From NCBI RefSeq assembly GCF_009914755.1, contig NC_060937.1: a DNA stretch of 64,000 nt, one strand, 5' to 3'. Below, one piece after another: positions 61,691 through 64,000 of this stretch; position 1 is the stretch's first letter; each line of letters begins with the position of its first letter. Both the position numbers and the translations under genes were made by a program. This stretch comes from the human T2T-CHM13v2.0 reference genome, Homo sapiens. The notes below the pieces were generated by a model, which saw only the letters and a list, made by a program, of their open reading frames with translations, was not told where the DNA came from and did not search any database.

Positions 61691-64000
61691 CATGTATATG
61701 CTAATCCTTTTTACTAATTTGTGTTATACTATATATTTCTTTTCTCCCTCTCTTTGCTTCCCTCTCTTCTCATGTCCCTTGATGCTTCCTACTCAATATT
61801 AACATGTGCATCATTTTGTGTCTTCAGCATTTCTCTTTTCATTATATTATGATAGGTTAATTTTCCTAAGAAGACACTATTTTGACAAAAGCAAAGCATT
61901 AAAGTAAAGCAGCATAGGATCAATTTTTTCCTGGTGGAAGGAAACACCATCTTTCCAAGAAGACAATTCCGCCATGAAACAAAACAAACCAAAACATTTC
62001 TGGTAAGTCCTAGTTCCCAAGACTTGAAGCCAGTATGTTTTTCCACTTTCAAGTATCCTTGACTGTAGAGACAAAAGGTATCCACTTAGAGATATTAACT
62101 CATTAGCACTGCCTAAATTTGGGTTCCAGAAACACAACTTAATATGAAATCAATGGATGTGATAATCATTTGAAAGTAGCTTTATCAAAATCATCCGACA
62201 GAACAAGTTACTTTTCTAATTAGCATCTTCAGTTAAATACCTAAATCTGATGAATAATAAGTTATGCATTATGCTAAATTGCATTGGCTCACTATTCTAG
62301 AATGCTTTCAAATTAATTAAAAATGAGATATTCAGTAATGAGAAATATAAAAAGATAACCTATTTCAATCAGTTTAAGTTAGAATTTAACATTTCTTCAA
62401 TACACTATTTTGTAGTCAATTGCAAGAGTAATAAAGCAAAATTATTGAGTCTTTAATAGTGACCATTCAAAATTCATAATGAATTATTAGAAAGAAAACT
62501 AAGGTCCCTACCAACTTTCCACCTCACTTCAAACCATAGCCAAGGTCCTTACAACAGCAAGTAAGACTCCACACAATTCCCACTTCTTCACCTCTATTCT
62601 GTTACTTCTGGAATCTTCTACTACTCCAAATTGTGTGTTTTGCTCCAGACTCAGCAGTTCTCACTATCTTGTTCTTCCAATTGCCATCTTCTCTGTGTGG
62701 CCTTTCTTGACTCTCCAGTTAAAAATTACCCTATCAAAATTATCTGACCCCCATCCAGGATTACGTTTCACCATCTAACTTACGATACTTCACATATTTA
62801 TGTGGCTCATTGTCTGTTATCTGTCTCCCTAAGTTAGAATGCGAGCTTCATGATGGCAGACTTTTGGTCAATTTCCTTCACTCAATAATTCCTGACCCAA
62901 AGTAAACACTTCATAAGTATTTTTTGAATATACAAATATATAATACAAATTATCAAGGAGCTTATAAATAAGTAAAGACACAAACCAGCATTATAATGCA
63001 GTTTGAGAAATATCAATATTGTGGTATAGGAGGACGTATGTAAACTATTAGAAGCAACAGTTAAATAAGAAGCAATTCAGAAAGACACACAGTGTGGGTG
63101 ATATCTGAGTTAAAGGACAGAAAGTAAGAAGATAACCAGATGGAGAAAAGAGAGGAAGATCTTACAAACAAGCATCAGAAGTTACCATAAGAAAAGCAAG
63201 TACAAAATAATCGTAAGAAAAACAATTGCATCCCAATTATTATGACAAACATAATTAACTATGAAAACCCAAAACAGTTCATGCTTTGATAATGCTAAAG
63301 TTGATAAGTAGATTAAGATGTGATAGAACAATCTGTAAATCTTAGTGCTTCCTAACTTTTGAGAAAACATTTTTAGGCAAGATATGCTGATTTAAGGAAG
63401 AAAAGTTGTTAATGGATGAGGCATGTCCCTTAAAGACAAACACTATGAACACTGTTTACAGCCTTTATAATGCAAAGGTGCCAGGTTTTTTTTTTAAGTC
63501 CTTGGAATCTCAGTTGGCAACTTTGAAATTCATGTGTAATTCATGAGTTTTTTAAAAGAAATGTAATAAGTAACACAAGTGATTCTAGAGCTTGTCTTTA
63601 GGCTGAGGTAGATATTGGCATTATAAGTTGAAGTGTTAGAAAGGAACAATAAGAATTAAGAATAAGCAGTAATTTCTGCCAAGATCTGTGGCACCCAGTC
63701 TCACACATAAGGCTTTTTGGAATTTCTTGGTTTCCAAGGTTCAGGCTCTCATGCTTTAGTTTGTACATAAAGGACTTAAGTTATTCTTAAAGCACAGTTT
63801 TAGCACTTCATACCAGGAGATGGTTATGAGACTGATCACAGGATAAAGTGAAATAGGATGTGTGCCTGCTTGTAGAAGGAACCTCTTTCCTTCTGCCATT
63901 CTATTCCTACTTTTCTGGCAGGAAAGTCCTAGAAAACATTTCATATACAGATTAATTTTAAACAATTTACATTATATTTTACTATTATTCGCTTCTAGAA

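Overview
Human/great-ape genomic DNA with no intact protein-coding gene, and no rRNA, tRNA or CRISPR. It reads as a pericentromeric-type mosaic of four blocks. (1) 1-5560: L2/L1/Alu background with a 5'-truncated CTBP2 processed pseudogene. (2) ~5561-49016: an Alu-dense block that looks like a duplicated copy of the FANK1/DHX32 bidirectional CpG-island promoter region. It has an intact minus-strand exon 1 (Kozak ATG-GAG-CCC-CAG-A|GTAAGG = MEPQ(K), RFX X-box) and a tailless U2 retrocopy, and both ends cut through an LTR. (3) 49017-58443: a ~9.4 kb HSat3 (GGAAT)n array with internal higher-order structure. (4) 58444-64000: an unrelated Alu-free, L2-rich block. The most unusual features seen directly are a ~1.25 kb inverted duplication (14010-15270 vs 26697-27955) with a ~205 bp mismatch-free core, an adjacent cluster of short templated duplications including a ~510 bp inverted copy that splits an Alu, an Alu-L1 fusion inside one TSD pair, and an intact-looking promoter whose + strand direction runs into the G-rich strand of HSat3. 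Gene and repeat family names come from recall of sequences, not from database searches. Repeat boundaries are approximate. I found no convincing new protein-based system; the functional ideas are hypotheses.
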